NCBI GenBank assembly: GCA_017542125.1
Contig: JAFXXU010000033.1
Location: forward strand, 6,360-70,359
Direction of reading: 5' to 3'
Source of the DNA: Ruminococcus sp.
Lineage (GTDB): Bacteria > Bacillota > Clostridia > Oscillospirales > Ruminococcaceae
DNA: 64,000 bases
Part shown: positions 25,907 through 35,226 of the stretch, piece after piece
Layout of the letters: the number at the start of each line of letters is the position of its first letter
Numbering within the stretch: position 1 is the first letter of the stretch
Made by a program: the position numbers and the translations under genes
Notes under the pieces: generated by a model
Told to the model about the DNA's origin: nothing
The model's database searches: none
Seen by the model: only the letters and a program-made list of their open reading frames with translations

Positions 25907-26932
25907 GTGGCAACTAAAAAAGAAGAAAAACAGTTTGAAAAAGAGCGCAAGGCCGCTATAAAAGCCCGTCATAAGAGAATGAAGGAAGAGGGTCTCGAAA
26001 AATACCTGACCCCGGAACAGATAAGATACAACAGGAATAAGGCTATCGTGGGTTCGGTTTGGCCCATATTCAGATTCCTGATCCTGTTCGGACTCTGCTT
26101 CGTAATCCTTTACCCTCTGATCTACATGATATCCACCGCATTCAGACCCAATGAGCAGATGAATGACCCTTCGGTCATCTGGCTGCCCAAGAGCTTCACG
26201 CTCGACAACATCAAGCAGACCTGGAAGGTCATGAAGTTTGAGGAGACTATCCTCACAACTCTGAGAATGAACGTCATCGCGTCGATACTTCAGGTGATCA
26301 CCTGCGCTATCACCGGCTACGGCTTCGCAAGATTCCAGTTCAAGTTCAAGGGACTCCTCTTTGCGATAGTTGTAATGATGATCATCGTACCTCCCCAGAT
26401 CATCACCATCCCGCTGTATATGCAGTTCAGATTCTTCTTCGGCAGCACCAGCATTTCCCTGATCGACACCGGTTGGGCGATGTATATGCCTGCGATGTTT
26501 GCCAACGGTCTGAGAGCAGGTCTGTTCATCTTCATCTTCCGACAGTTCTTCCGAGGGCTGCCTAAGGAGCTGGAGGATGCTGCGTATCTGGACGGATGCG
26601 GGCCCTTCAAGACCTTCCTTGTGATCATGGTACCTAATGCAAGGACTGCGTTCCTGACAGTATTCCTGTTCTCGATAGTTTGGTACTGGAATGACTTCTA
26701 TGTATCGAGCTCGTTCTTCAACAACACCCACACGGTATCGCTGATGCTTAAAAACCTCGGCGCACAGCTGAGCGTTGACCTGTTCAACAATCAGACACCG
26801 TCAGCCAGACAGCTTATTGTATGGCTGGAAGCGGGCTGCGTGCTTTCGATAACGCCGCTGCTGGTAATGTACATATTCCTGCAAAGGTACTTCATCGAAG
26901 GTATAGAGCGTTCCGGTATCACCGGTATGTAA
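25907..26932 (+). CDS. carbohydrate ABC transporter permease (MalG-like) with Lys/Glu-rich N-terminal tail
   Basis: EAA loop LEDAAYLDGCGPFKTFLVIMVP. GTG start. Confidence 0.85.
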   Translation: MATKKEEKQFEKERKAAIKARHKRMKEEGLEKYLTPEQIRYNRNKAIVGSVWPIFRFLILFGLCFVILYPLIYMISTAFRPNEQMNDPSVIWLPKSFTLDNIKQTWKVMKFEETILTTLRMNVIASILQVITCAITGYGFARFQFKFKGLLFAIVVMMIIVPPQIITIPLYMQFRFFFGSTSISLIDTGWAMYMPAMFANGLRAGLFIFIFRQFFRGLPKELEDAAYLDGCGPFKTFLVIMVPNARTAFLTVFLFSIVWYWNDFYVSSSFFNNTHTVSLMLKNLGAQLSVDLFNNQTPSARQLIVWLEAGCVLSITPLLVMYIFLQRYFIEGIERSGITGM

Positions 26933-26941
26933 TACTGAACC

Positions 26942-26972
26942 AAAGGCTCTCCGAAAGGGGAGCCTTTTTGTT
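26942..26972 (+). terminator. intrinsic terminator closing the ABC locus
   Basis: AAAGGCTCTCC-GAAA-GGGGAGCCTTT followed by TTGTT. Confidence 0.8.
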
Positions 26973-27100
26973 ATGGGAGGAAAGCCGCTGACGCGCATAA
27001 TATTATCTTCCCCCGAAAAAGTCCTCTAAAGCTATTGAAATAAATAAAATAATGTGTTATAATAATACTAATAATGTGCCTGATAAGGAGGGGCCTGCCA

Positions 27101-27646
27101 TTGATACACTTCGACCGCAGCAAGACCTGCTGCTTTACAGGCCACAGGGGCAGAGACCTCCCTTTTGAGGGCGACCGCAATAAAATGGGTATGAAGCACC
27201 TGGTCAGCACCATCCAGCTTAAAATAGAGGAGGCTGCCGAGGACGGCTACGATACCTTTATCTCGGGTATGGCAGAGGGCATAGACCTTATCTGCGCCGA
27301 GTGCGTCCACGGGCTGATCTCCAGAGGCGCCAAGCTCAGGCTCATCTGCGCCAAGCCCTACCCCAAGCAGGAGCGGGAGATCAAAAGCATCCGGGATAAG
27401 TACCTCTATTCCATGCTGACCGAGCTGTATCCCGTTATCTTCGTCAGCCGGTTTTATACCAAGGATTGCTATAAGCTGAGGAATATCTTTATGGTCGAAA
27501 GGTCTTCAAGGCTCATCGGCGTATATAAGGATAAGGAGAAGGGCTCCGGCACTATGCAGACTATCCGGATGGCTCAGAACGCCGGTCTCGACTGCCGCCT
27601 CATAAAGCTGGACGGCAACCCGATATTCTATCTGGATAATGAATAA
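27101..27646 (+). CDS. DUF1273 / YpsA-like SLOG-fold protein
   Basis: CCFTGHR near the N-terminus and FISGMAEGIDL motif. TTG 27101 sits 9 nt after AAGGAGG; the ORF-track ATG 27074 lacks a Shine-Dalgarno. Confidence 0.55.
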   Translation: MIHFDRSKTCCFTGHRGRDLPFEGDRNKMGMKHLVSTIQLKIEEAAEDGYDTFISGMAEGIDLICAECVHGLISRGAKLRLICAKPYPKQEREIKSIRDKYLYSMLTELYPVIFVSRFYTKDCYKLRNIFMVERSSRLIGVYKDKEKGSGTMQTIRMAQNAGLDCRLIKLDGNPIFYLDNE

Positions 27647-27685
27647 CTCCGCCGATGCGCGGCGAACATAAAGGAGTAAAGACAA

Positions 27686-28618
27686 ATGGGCAAGGCTAAG
27701 AAAAAGAGATCCCAGGCACCTGTGGCATTGGTGTATTTTACTACGCTGCTGGTGTTTATGGCGGTGTTCGGGTTCGTGGCGTATCAGCTGGTGAAAAAGC
27801 TCACTATCACCCACACCGAGGATGAAAGCTCGGAGGTCTATGTCGATAAGAGCTTCAGCATAATGTTTTCCAGAGTCAACCGCTTAGGCGGTCTTGCCGA
27901 TCTGGCTGTGGTAAAGTTCGTCCCCGAGGAGAACAGGGTCATAGTCGTACCCCTCCCCGCCCAGACGGTCAGCAGCTCAACAGGAAGCATCTTCAAGGAT
28001 ATCTATGCCTCCGGCGGCCCCAAGACCCTTAAACAGGCTGTTGAGAAGACTCTCGATATCAGCATAGATTATTATACCACGGTCAGCGACGCCACCTTTG
28101 AGGACGTCTACGACCTTATCGGAGGTGTTATATTCACCCCCCAGGAGGAGCTCTACCGCCTCTCCGAGAAAAACGATGAGGACGATATCTCCTACCGTGC
28201 CGGCGTAGCCGTTACGATATCCGGTAAGCAGGCTATCACGCTGCTTGCCGCCGATGTGTTCTCCGGCGGAAGAGCCGAGAACCTGGAGCTGCTGGGCTCT
28301 GTTCTGACACAGCTGATAAACAATGCCTTCCAGCAGCCCAGCGCTACAAGAAATTCGCTGGATAATTACTTCTCCAAGCTGTTCTCGGAGAGCGGCACCA
28401 ACTACACCTCCGCCAAGTACAGAGAGAATAAGGACAGTATTCTGGAAATGCTCGACCGCAACCTGAAGCCCGTCCTGCTCAAGAAGCCCGATGGCGTGTG
28501 GGAGGATACCACCAAGTTTACCGTCTCCTCCACCTTCAAGAATGAGCTGCTGGAGATATACGGCTATAAGGCCGTGAGCACACCTGTGGAACAGAGTGCG
28601 GAAGAAATCATCGAATGA
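27686..28618 (+). CDS. LytR-CpsA-Psr (LCP)-like membrane-anchored protein, apparently degenerate
   Basis: N-terminal TM. GGPKTLKQAVEKTLDISIDYYTTVSDATFEDVYDLIGGV resembles the LCP core. I did not see the canonical RSDT-type motif. Confidence 0.45.
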   Translation: MGKAKKKRSQAPVALVYFTTLLVFMAVFGFVAYQLVKKLTITHTEDESSEVYVDKSFSIMFSRVNRLGGLADLAVVKFVPEENRVIVVPLPAQTVSSSTGSIFKDIYASGGPKTLKQAVEKTLDISIDYYTTVSDATFEDVYDLIGGVIFTPQEELYRLSEKNDEDDISYRAGVAVTISGKQAITLLAADVFSGGRAENLELLGSVLTQLINNAFQQPSATRNSLDNYFSKLFSESGTNYTSAKYRENKDSILEMLDRNLKPVLLKKPDGVWEDTTKFTVSSTFKNELLEIYGYKAVSTPVEQSAEEIIE

Positions 28619-28633
28619 CGGGAGGTCCTTGGC

Positions 28634-29026
28634 TTGAAGCTGATGGTCATGATCTTGAATAAGCTCGATTCGCTGGAATATCTGCTGGAGGGGCTCTCTG
28701 CGGCGGGTATAGGCGGAGCGACGATCATCGAATCCTCCGGAATGGCAATGACCCTCTCGAAGCTGGACAGCTCCTTTGTCAGCGCTTCCATCAGAGCGCT
28801 TTTCAGCGCCGCCGGCAGCGACGATAACAGAACGATCTTCTCCGTCATCAGGGACGATCAGCTGGAGATAGCCAGAAAGGTCATTTACAGCACCGTCGGC
28901 GATCTTTCGATGCCGAATACCGGCGTGCTTTTCACCCTCCCGATAGATTTCGCCGAGGGCATCCGCAAGAACCGGGGCTCGATAATGAGCACCGAAAAGG
29001 CGGATGAGAGCAAGGATAAGGCTTAG
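28634..29026 (+). CDS. hypothetical small protein (P-II-like beta-alpha-beta pattern, tentative)
   Basis: ORF track. MKLMVMILNK...GIGGATIIESSGM pattern. TTG start uncertain. Confidence 0.3.
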   Translation: MKLMVMILNKLDSLEYLLEGLSAAGIGGATIIESSGMAMTLSKLDSSFVSASIRALFSAAGSDDNRTIFSVIRDDQLEIARKVIYSTVGDLSMPNTGVLFTLPIDFAEGIRKNRGSIMSTEKADESKDKA

Positions 29027-29072
29027 TTTACGAAAAATTAACAAATTTTCGTTAAAAATCAGCCTTTACCCC

Positions 29073-29101
29073 TTGAAAAACCCGCTGAAGCGTGTTATAC
29101 T
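29073..29101 (+). promoter_or_regulatory. sigma-70-type promoter of the nusA operon
   Basis: TTGAAA (29073-29078), 17 nt spacer, TGtTATACT (29093-29101). Confidence 0.6.
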
Positions 29102-29118
29102 TGTGTATGATATAGGAG

Positions 29119-29153
29119 AAAGGCTGGAAACAAAAAATTCCGGCCTTTTTTAT
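29119..29153 (+). terminator. leader intrinsic terminator (attenuator) between promoter and nusA
   Basis: AGGCTGGAA-ACAAAAAA-TTCCGGCCT (9 bp, one G-U) followed by TTTTTTATT. It starts about 13 nt after the predicted transcription start. Confidence 0.55.
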
Positions 29154-29244
29154 TGGCGGCACCGCCGATATATCCCCCCCGGTAAGGGAAAAGTAAAGAT
29201 AACAGAGCAGGCAAGCCCTGCCGTGAAAGGATTGGTTGAGAAAA

Positions 29245-30312
29245 ATGAACAAGGAGTTTTTTGAGGCGCTTGGCCTGCTGGCTAAGGAGAACGACATCGA
29301 GGCGGATACGCTCATCGAAACAGTCCGCTCGGGAATAATGAAGGCTATCAAAAAGGATTATCCCAACTGCGAGAACATCGCCGTGGAGATCGACCCCGAG
29401 ACCGGCAAGTTCGAGATGAAGATCTTAAAGGAGATCGTCGAGGGTGAGCCCGAGGATCCCGATAACCAGATCAGCCTCGACGAGGCAAGGACCCTCTCCA
29501 AGAGAGCAAGAGTGGGGGGTACCGCCGAGATCAAGCTCAACCCCGCCAAGTTCGGCAGAGTAGCCGCGCAGAACGCAAAGCAGTCCATCAAGCACGAGAT
29601 CAAGAGCTTTGAGAGAGATAAGCTCATCGAGCAGTACAAGGACAAGGTCTTTGAGTGCGTGCCCGCAACAGTTCAGAAGGTGGAGCCCGCTACCCTCAAT
29701 GCGGTAGTCACCATCGACAAGAACGAGGTATATTTCATCAGAAAAGAACAGATACCCGGTGAGGTGCTCAAGCCGGGAGATGTTATACAGGTCTATGTGG
29801 TGGGCGTTTCCCAGCCCGACAAGAAGCCCTCGATCAGGATCTCGAGAACTCACCGCGAGCTGGTCAAGAGGCTCTTTGAAAGAGAGATCCCCGAGATCGC
29901 AGACGGCATCGTAGAGGTCAAGGCGATCTCGAGAGTCGCCGGCTCGAGGAGCAAGATCGCCGTTGTCAGCAACGATCCCAACGTTGATGCCATAGGCGCC
30001 TGCATCGGACCTGCCAAGTCAAGGATCACCGCCATAGTAAACGAGCTCAAGGGAGAAAAGATCGACATCATCCCCTGGAGCGAGGATCCCGAGGAGTTCA
30101 TCGCAAAGGCCCTGGCTCCCGCCGAGGTCAGGAGCGTTGAGGTCTACGAGGACGAGGAGATCAGGGAATGCAAGGTGGTCGTTCCCAACAATCAGCTCTC
30201 GCTGGCAATAGGCAACAAGGGACAGAACGCCAAGCTGGCTGCGGGTCTTACAGGCTACAGGATCGACATCCTGCCCGAGGATCCCGTCCCCGGAGATGAC
30301 GAAGAGGAATAA
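29245..30312 (+). CDS. nusA: transcription termination/antitermination factor NusA
   Basis: N-terminal MNKEFFEAL..LAKE, S1 and two KH domains (GACIGPAKSRI, AIGNKGQNAKLA). Confidence 0.92.
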   Translation: MNKEFFEALGLLAKENDIEADTLIETVRSGIMKAIKKDYPNCENIAVEIDPETGKFEMKILKEIVEGEPEDPDNQISLDEARTLSKRARVGGTAEIKLNPAKFGRVAAQNAKQSIKHEIKSFERDKLIEQYKDKVFECVPATVQKVEPATLNAVVTIDKNEVYFIRKEQIPGEVLKPGDVIQVYVVGVSQPDKKPSIRISRTHRELVKRLFEREIPEIADGIVEVKAISRVAGSRSKIAVVSNDPNVDAIGACIGPAKSRITAIVNELKGEKIDIIPWSEDPEEFIAKALAPAEVRSVEVYEDEEIRECKVVVPNNQLSLAIGNKGQNAKLAAGLTGYRIDILPEDPVPGDDEEE

Positions 30313-30315
30313 GCT

Positions 30316-30585
30316 ATGAAGCAGAAGAAGATCCCCATGAGGATGTGCCTGGGCTGCGGCGAGATGAAGCCGAAAAAGGAGCTCATCCGCGCTGTAAAGA
30401 GCAAGGAGGGGGAGATATCCCTGGACCTTACCGGCAGAAAGGCAGGCAGGGGCGCATATATATGTAAGGACATCGAGTGCTTCAGAAAGGCGCGCAAGGC
30501 AAGAAGATTTGAAAAGAGCTTTGAGTGCCGTATAGATGACGCTGTTTACGACAGCATGGAGGCGGAGCTCAGTGAAGAAGAATAA
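30316..30585 (+). CDS. ylxR: YlxR/RnpM family RNA-binding protein (DUF448)
   Basis: PMRMCLGCGEMKPKKELIR and GRGAY motifs. Confidence 0.85.
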   Translation: MKQKKIPMRMCLGCGEMKPKKELIRAVKSKEGEISLDLTGRKAGRGAYICKDIECFRKARKARRFEKSFECRIDDAVYDSMEAELSEEE

Positions 30586-30913
30586 AACGGGTCTGCTGAC
30601 CATGTGCCTGAAGGCGGGAAGGCTCACGCTGGGTATGGATGTTGCAAAGGACGGCTGCCGCAGCGGCGCTGCGGTGAGCGTGTTCACAGCCAGCGACCTT
30701 TCGGAGAAAAGCCTGAAGGAAATGAAATACTACTGCGGGCGATACGGCGTCCCGCTCTACGACCTCGGTATGACGATGGACGAGATAGGGACGGCGCTGG
30801 GCAAGCGGAGCGGCATCATAGCGATGACCGACAAGGGCTTCGCCAAAAGCTGCGCCGAGGGGCTCACAAAGCTCCCGACCGCGGATACAGATCGAATGGA
30901 GGAACTTGACTAA
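30572..30913 (+). CDS. ylxQ: L7Ae-family ribosome-associated protein YlxQ-like
   Basis: Position between ylxR and inf[15 protein letters not shown] motif. GTG 30572 overlaps the ylxR stop. Confidence 0.7.
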   Translation: MKKNKTGLLTMCLKAGRLTLGMDVAKDGCRSGAAVSVFTASDLSEKSLKEMKYYCGRYGVPLYDLGMTMDEIGTALGKRSGIIAMTDKGFAKSCAEGLTKLPTADTDRMEELD

Positions 30914-33408
30914 TGGCAGCAATTAAGAAATATAAACTGAACGAGCTGGCTAAGGATCTCAAGCTGACGAGCAGTCAGCTGGTGGAGTGTCTGGCGGCGC
31001 TGGGCGGCGAGCCCAAGAAGACCGTCTCGGCCCTCACCCCCGAGGAGGTCAGCTATGTTCTGGATTACTTTACTCTGAACAATCAGGTGGAGAGCTTCGA
31101 TGCTTTCTTTGCCAACAACGTAAGGCCTGAGGGCGAGCCCGAGCGCAAGCAGAAGACCGTCAAGAAGCCTGCGAAGGAGGCCGAGAAGCCGGCTGAGCCC
31201 CCCAAGGAGGAAAAGCCTGCGGAGCAGCCCGCAAAGCAGGAGCAGAAGCCCGCAGAGAAGAAGCCCGAGCCCGTAAAGGCAGAGGAAAAGAAGCCCGAGA
31301 AGCGAAAGGAGCCCAAGAAGGCTGCCAAGAAGCAGGAGCACGGCGTCAAGACCGTTATCGGCGGCTCGAAGTCGGGTGCCGACGAGGGCTATACCGTCTC
31401 CGAGGCCAACGAGACCCGCGGCGGCAAGAACGTGGATACCAGAGGCAGCTATGTCGAGCTGGATAAGTACAACGAGAAATACGATAACCTTGCCAACACC
31501 AAGCAGAACCGCAGCAAGGAGAACTTCCAGAAGAAGCAGAAGCTCACCCAGAAGTCTCAGCAGTACAAGAAGCAGCAGAACCAGGGTGCCAGAAAGCGCG
31601 AGGCCGAGACCGAGAAGGAGAGGCTGCGTCGTCTCGAGCTGGAGAAGGCCAGAAAGCAGCAGCTCAAGGTACTTATCCCCGACGAGATCGTGGTATCCGA
31701 GCTGGCTACAAGGCTGAAGGTTACTGTTACCGAGGTCATCAAGAAGCTGATGGGTCTCGGAGTTATGGCTTCGATAAACGAGACCATCGACTTTGACACC
31801 GCTGCACTCGTTGCCGAGGAGCTGGGCGCAAAGGTGGAGAAGGAAGTCATCGTCACCATCGAGGAGAGGCTCATCACCGACGAGCAGGATTCCGAGGAGG
31901 ATCTGGAGGAGAGATGCCCCGTCGTAGTAGTTATGGGTCACGTCGATCACGGCAAGACCTCTATCCTCGACCGCATCAGGAACGCCAATGTTGCTGAGGG
32001 TGAGGCCGGCGGCATCACCCAGCATATAGGCGCTTATCAGGTATATTACAAGAACAAGAAGATCACCTTCCTGGACACCCCGGGTCACGAGGCATTCACC
32101 GCTATGAGAGCAAGAGGTGCGAATATCACCGATATCGCCATCCTCGTTGTTGCCGCAGATGACGGCATCATGCCCCAGACCGTTGAGTCCATCAACCATG
32201 CCAAGGCAGCCGGAGTATCCATCATCGTTGCCATCAACAAGATGGATAAGGAGGGCGCCGACGCCGAGAGAGTAAAGCAGGAGCTCACCGAGCACAGCCT
32301 CGTAGTAGAGGAATGGGGCGGCGACGTTATCGCTGTACCCGTATCCGCAAAGACCGGTATGGGCATCGACGACCTGCTTGAGAACATCCTGCTGGTAGCC
32401 GAGGTCAAGGAGCTCCGCGCCAACCCCAACAAAGCGGCAAAGGGTACCGTTATCGAGGCCAAGCTGGATAAGGGCAAGGGCCCGACTGCTACCGTACTCG
32501 TTGAAGGCGGTACGCTCCACGCAGGCGATGTCATCATCGCAGGCACCGCTGTGGGCAGAGTAAGAACAATGACCAACGACAAGGGTCACAAGATAGACAA
32601 GGCGGGCCCCTCCACACCTGTTGAGATCACGGGCCTTGCCGAGGTCCCTATGAGCGGCGATACCTTCAATGCCGTTGCCGATGAGAAGCTGGCAAGAGAG
32701 CTTGTTGAGCAGAGACGTCATCAGGCTAAGGAGGAGGAGTTCAAGAAGGCAAGCAAGGTAACTCTTGACAACCTCTTCAGCCAGATCAGCGAGGGCGAGA
32801 TGAAGGAGCTGCCTATCATCGTCAAGGCGGACGTTCAGGGCTCGGTAGAGGCTGTAAAGCAGAGCCTGGAGAAGATCTCCAACGACGAGGTAAGAGTAAG
32901 AGTTATCCACGGTGCGGTAGGTGCCGTAAACGAGAGCGACGTTATGCTGGCCAATGCCTCCAACGCGATCATCGTCGGCTTCAATGTAAGACCCGACCCC
33001 GTTGCCAAGGAGAACGCCGAGAGAGACGGCGTGGATATCCGCCTTTACAGGATAATCTACGATGCTATCGAGGAGATAACCACCGCTATGAAGGGTATGC
33101 TCGCACCCAAGTTCCGCGAGACCGATACCGCAAGAGTAGAGGTAAGACAGGTCTACAGGATCTCCAACGTCGGAAACGTTGCGGGTGCCTATGTGCTCTC
33201 CGGCAAGATCGGCAGAAACGATCTTATCAGAGTTGTGCGTGACGGCATCATCATCGCCGACGACAAGATGTCCTCCCTCAAGCGCTTCAAGGACGACGTC
33301 AAGGAGGTCGCCGAGGGCTATGAGTGCGGCATCACTCTGGAGAAGTTCACCGACATCAAGGAAGGCGATATCTTCGAGGCCTACCGTATGGAGGAATATC
33401 AGGAATAA
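30913..33408 (+). CDS. infB: translation initiation factor IF-2
   Basis: 831 aa. K/E/P-rich N-terminal region. GTPase motifs [18 protein letters not shown]. Confidence 0.95.
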   Translation: MAAIKKYKLNELAKDLKLTSSQLVECLAALGGEPKKTVSALTPEEVSYVLDYFTLNNQVESFDAFFANNVRPEGEPERKQKTVKKPAKEAEKPAEPPKEEKPAEQPAKQEQKPAEKKPEPVKAEEKKPEKRKEPKKAAKKQEHGVKTVIGGSKSGADEGYTVSEANETRGGKNVDTRGSYVELDKYNEKYDNLANTKQNRSKENFQKKQKLTQKSQQYKKQQNQGARKREAETEKERLRRLELEKARKQQLKVLIPDEIVVSELATRLKVTVTEVIKKLMGLGVMASINETIDFDTAALVAEELGAKVEKEVIVTIEERLITDEQDSEEDLEERCPVVVVMGHVDHGKTSILDRIRNANVAEGEAGGITQHIGAYQVYYKNKKITFLDTPGHEAFTAMRARGANITDIAILVVAADDGIMPQTVESINHAKAAGVSIIVAINKMDKEGADAERVKQELTEHSLVVEEWGGDVIAVPVSAKTGMGIDDLLENILLVAEVKELRANPNKAAKGTVIEAKLDKGKGPTATVLVEGGTLHAGDVIIAGTAVGRVRTMTNDKGHKIDKAGPSTPVEITGLAEVPMSGDTFNAVADEKLARELVEQRRHQAKEEEFKKASKVTLDNLFSQISEGEMKELPIIVKADVQGSVEAVKQSLEKISNDEVRVRVIHGAVGAVNESDVMLANASNAIIVGFNVRPDPVAKENAERDGVDIRLYRIIYDAIEEITTAMKGMLAPKFRETDTARVEVRQVYRISNVGNVAGAYVLSGKIGRNDLIRVVRDGIIIADDKMSSLKRFKDDVKEVAEGYECGITLEKFTDIKEGDIFEAYRMEEYQE

Positions 33409-33872
33409 TGAATACTGCTGACAAGGTAAGAGAGCTTGCAGAGCCCCTCTGCGACGAGCTGGGTCTCTTCCTCTGGGACGTAAGGTTCGAGAAGGAGGGC
33501 GCAAGCTGGTATCTCCGGGTGCTGATCGACAAGGACGGCGGCGTTGATATGAACGACTGTGAGGCCATGACCCGTCCCCTCAACAAGCTCCTGGACGAAA
33601 AAGACCCCATAGAGCAGAGCTATATCTTAGAGGTCGGGAGCCCCGGCCTGGGCCGCGATCTGCGCAGACCCGAGCATTTCCTCGCCTGCATAGGCGACGA
33701 GGTGCGGGTACGCACCATAAGGCCGGTAGACGGCGAGCGGGATTTTATCGGCATACTTTACAGCTATGAGAAAAACGAGTTCGTCATCGCGCAGTCGGAG
33801 GACGAGGCCGACAGGCTCACCTTCAAGACCGCCGACTGCTCCTATGTGAAGCTCAACGACGACCAGTTCTGA
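33408..33872 (+). CDS. rimP: ribosome maturation factor RimP
   Basis: LGLFLWDVRFEKEG..WYLRVLID and LEVGSPGLGRDL motifs. ATG overlaps the infB stop (TAATG). Confidence 0.85.
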   Translation: MNTADKVRELAEPLCDELGLFLWDVRFEKEGASWYLRVLIDKDGGVDMNDCEAMTRPLNKLLDEKDPIEQSYILEVGSPGLGRDLRRPEHFLACIGDEVRVRTIRPVDGERDFIGILYSYEKNEFVIAQSEDEADRLTFKTADCSYVKLNDDQF

Positions 33873-33890
33873 TAAACGGGAGGGACAGGT

Positions 33891-34313
33891 ATGCCCGAAA
33901 GCAAAGTCATATTCAGCGACACCATACCCGTGGAGGACTTTCTGCGCCTCCGGGCGGAGGTCAAATGGGCAGAGCTGCCTGTCGAACAGGCTCAGGCAGG
34001 GCTTGATCATACCTTTGCGGGCGTTGCTGCGATCCTTGACGGCGAGGTCGTGGGGATGGCGAGAGTCCTGTGGGACGGCTGCTACTGCGCTTTCCTGACC
34101 GATGTTATTGTGACGGAGAAGTGCCGCCATAACGGGATAGCCACCGCTATGGTGCAGAGGCTCATCGACAGGCTCAGAGCCGAGAAGAAGGAGGGCTGGA
34201 AGATCAAGCTCTACCTTATGGCAGGCCACGGCAGAGAGAGCTTCTACCAGCGCTTCGGCTTCAACACCCGTCCTCAGGGTGAAGAGGGTGCCGGGATGAA
34301 TATGTGGCTATGA
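33891..34313 (+). CDS. GNAT family N-acetyltransferase
   Basis: 140 aa. Acetyl-CoA motif region VTEKCRHNGIATAMV. Confidence 0.75.
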   Translation: MPESKVIFSDTIPVEDFLRLRAEVKWAELPVEQAQAGLDHTFAGVAAILDGEVVGMARVLWDGCYCAFLTDVIVTEKCRHNGIATAMVQRLIDRLRAEKKEGWKIKLYLMAGHGRESFYQRFGFNTRPQGEEGAGMNMWL

Positions 34314-34834
34314 TCTGTACGGACAGGCTCATCCTGCGGGAAATGACCGGAGAGGACCTTGAGGCGCTTTTCAGAGTGCTGGGCGACCCGGACAATATGA
34401 AGCACTACCCCTGTGCCTTTGATGAGGCGCGGGTGCGGAGCTGGATAGAGCGAAACAAAGAGCGTTACCGCACCTTCGGCTTCGGGTTGTGGGCGGTATG
34501 CCTCAGAGAAACGGGGGAGCTGATCGGCGACTGCGGGCTCACTATGCAGGAGATCGGCGGCGTTATAAGGCCCGAGATAGGCTACCACATCAGGCGGGAC
34601 TGTCAGCGGAGAGGCTATGCCTCCGAGGCTGCCCGCGCAGTGCGGGACTGGACGTTTGAAAACACGCCCTTCGGGGCAGTATATTCGTATATGAAGAACA
34701 CAAACCTTCCCTCTGCAAGGACGGCGCTTTCCTACGGCTGCCGGCCGGCGGGCGGGTATGAGGACGGCGTTAACGGCCTTACCTCGGTATTCGTCCTCAC
34801 CAGAGAGGAATGGGAAAGAATAAAGGAGAAATAA
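34304..34834 (+). CDS. GNAT family N-acetyltransferase (RimJ/RimL-like)
   Basis: TDRLILREMT..D N-terminal signature and QRRGYASEA motif. Start is either GTG 34304 or ATG 34310. Confidence 0.75.
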   Translation: MAMICTDRLILREMTGEDLEALFRVLGDPDNMKHYPCAFDEARVRSWIERNKERYRTFGFGLWAVCLRETGELIGDCGLTMQEIGGVIRPEIGYHIRRDCQRRGYASEAARAVRDWTFENTPFGAVYSYMKNTNLPSARTALSYGCRPAGGYEDGVNGLTSVFVLTREEWERIKEK

Positions 34835-35226
34835 TGGCAGGCATTAAGGCTGGGCGTATGTCCGAGGACATACGCAGGATAATCTCGGGCAAGATGAGAG
34901 ACCTCAAGGATCCGAGGATAAACGGCGGAGAGCTGCTCACGGTCGTCAGGTGCGAGGTCGCGGGCGACGGCAGCTTCTGCAAGGTGTATATATCGAGCCT
35001 GGAGGGCTTTGACAGGGCAAAGGAAGCCGTCAAGGGCTTCGAGAGCGCCTCGGGCTTTCTGAAAAGGGAGATCTCGAACGTGCTGAAGCTCAGGAAGGCT
35101 CCCGACCTGAAATTCGTAGCGGACGATTCCGCGGAATACTCCGCAAGGATCTCCGAGAAGCTGAGAAGGCTCGGAGCTTCCGAAGCCGGCACCGATGACG
35201 GGGACGAAGAAAGCGATGAAGCCTGA
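34834..35226 (+). CDS. rbfA: ribosome-binding factor A
   Basis: R.R..E.IRRIIS...DLKDPR and LRKAPDLKF motifs. ATG overlaps the upstream stop. Confidence 0.85.
   Translation: MAGIKAGRMSEDIRRIISGKMRDLKDPRINGGELLTVVRCEVAGDGSFCKVYISSLEGFDRAKEAVKGFESASGFLKREISNVLKLRKAPDLKFVADDSAEYSARISEKLRRLGASEAGTDDGDEESDEA

Noticed and set aside
30910-33504. 864-aa minus-strand ORF antisense to infB. The same applies to the other long antisense ORFs: 156-1145, 758-2206, 20081-21526, 25583-26731, 39904-41940 and 44314-45732.
   Set aside because: These are shadow ORFs, typical of GC-rich coding DNA. The products are low-complexity (Leu/Gly/Arg/Asp-rich), there are no recognisable motifs, and each overlaps a confidently identified gene on the other strand.
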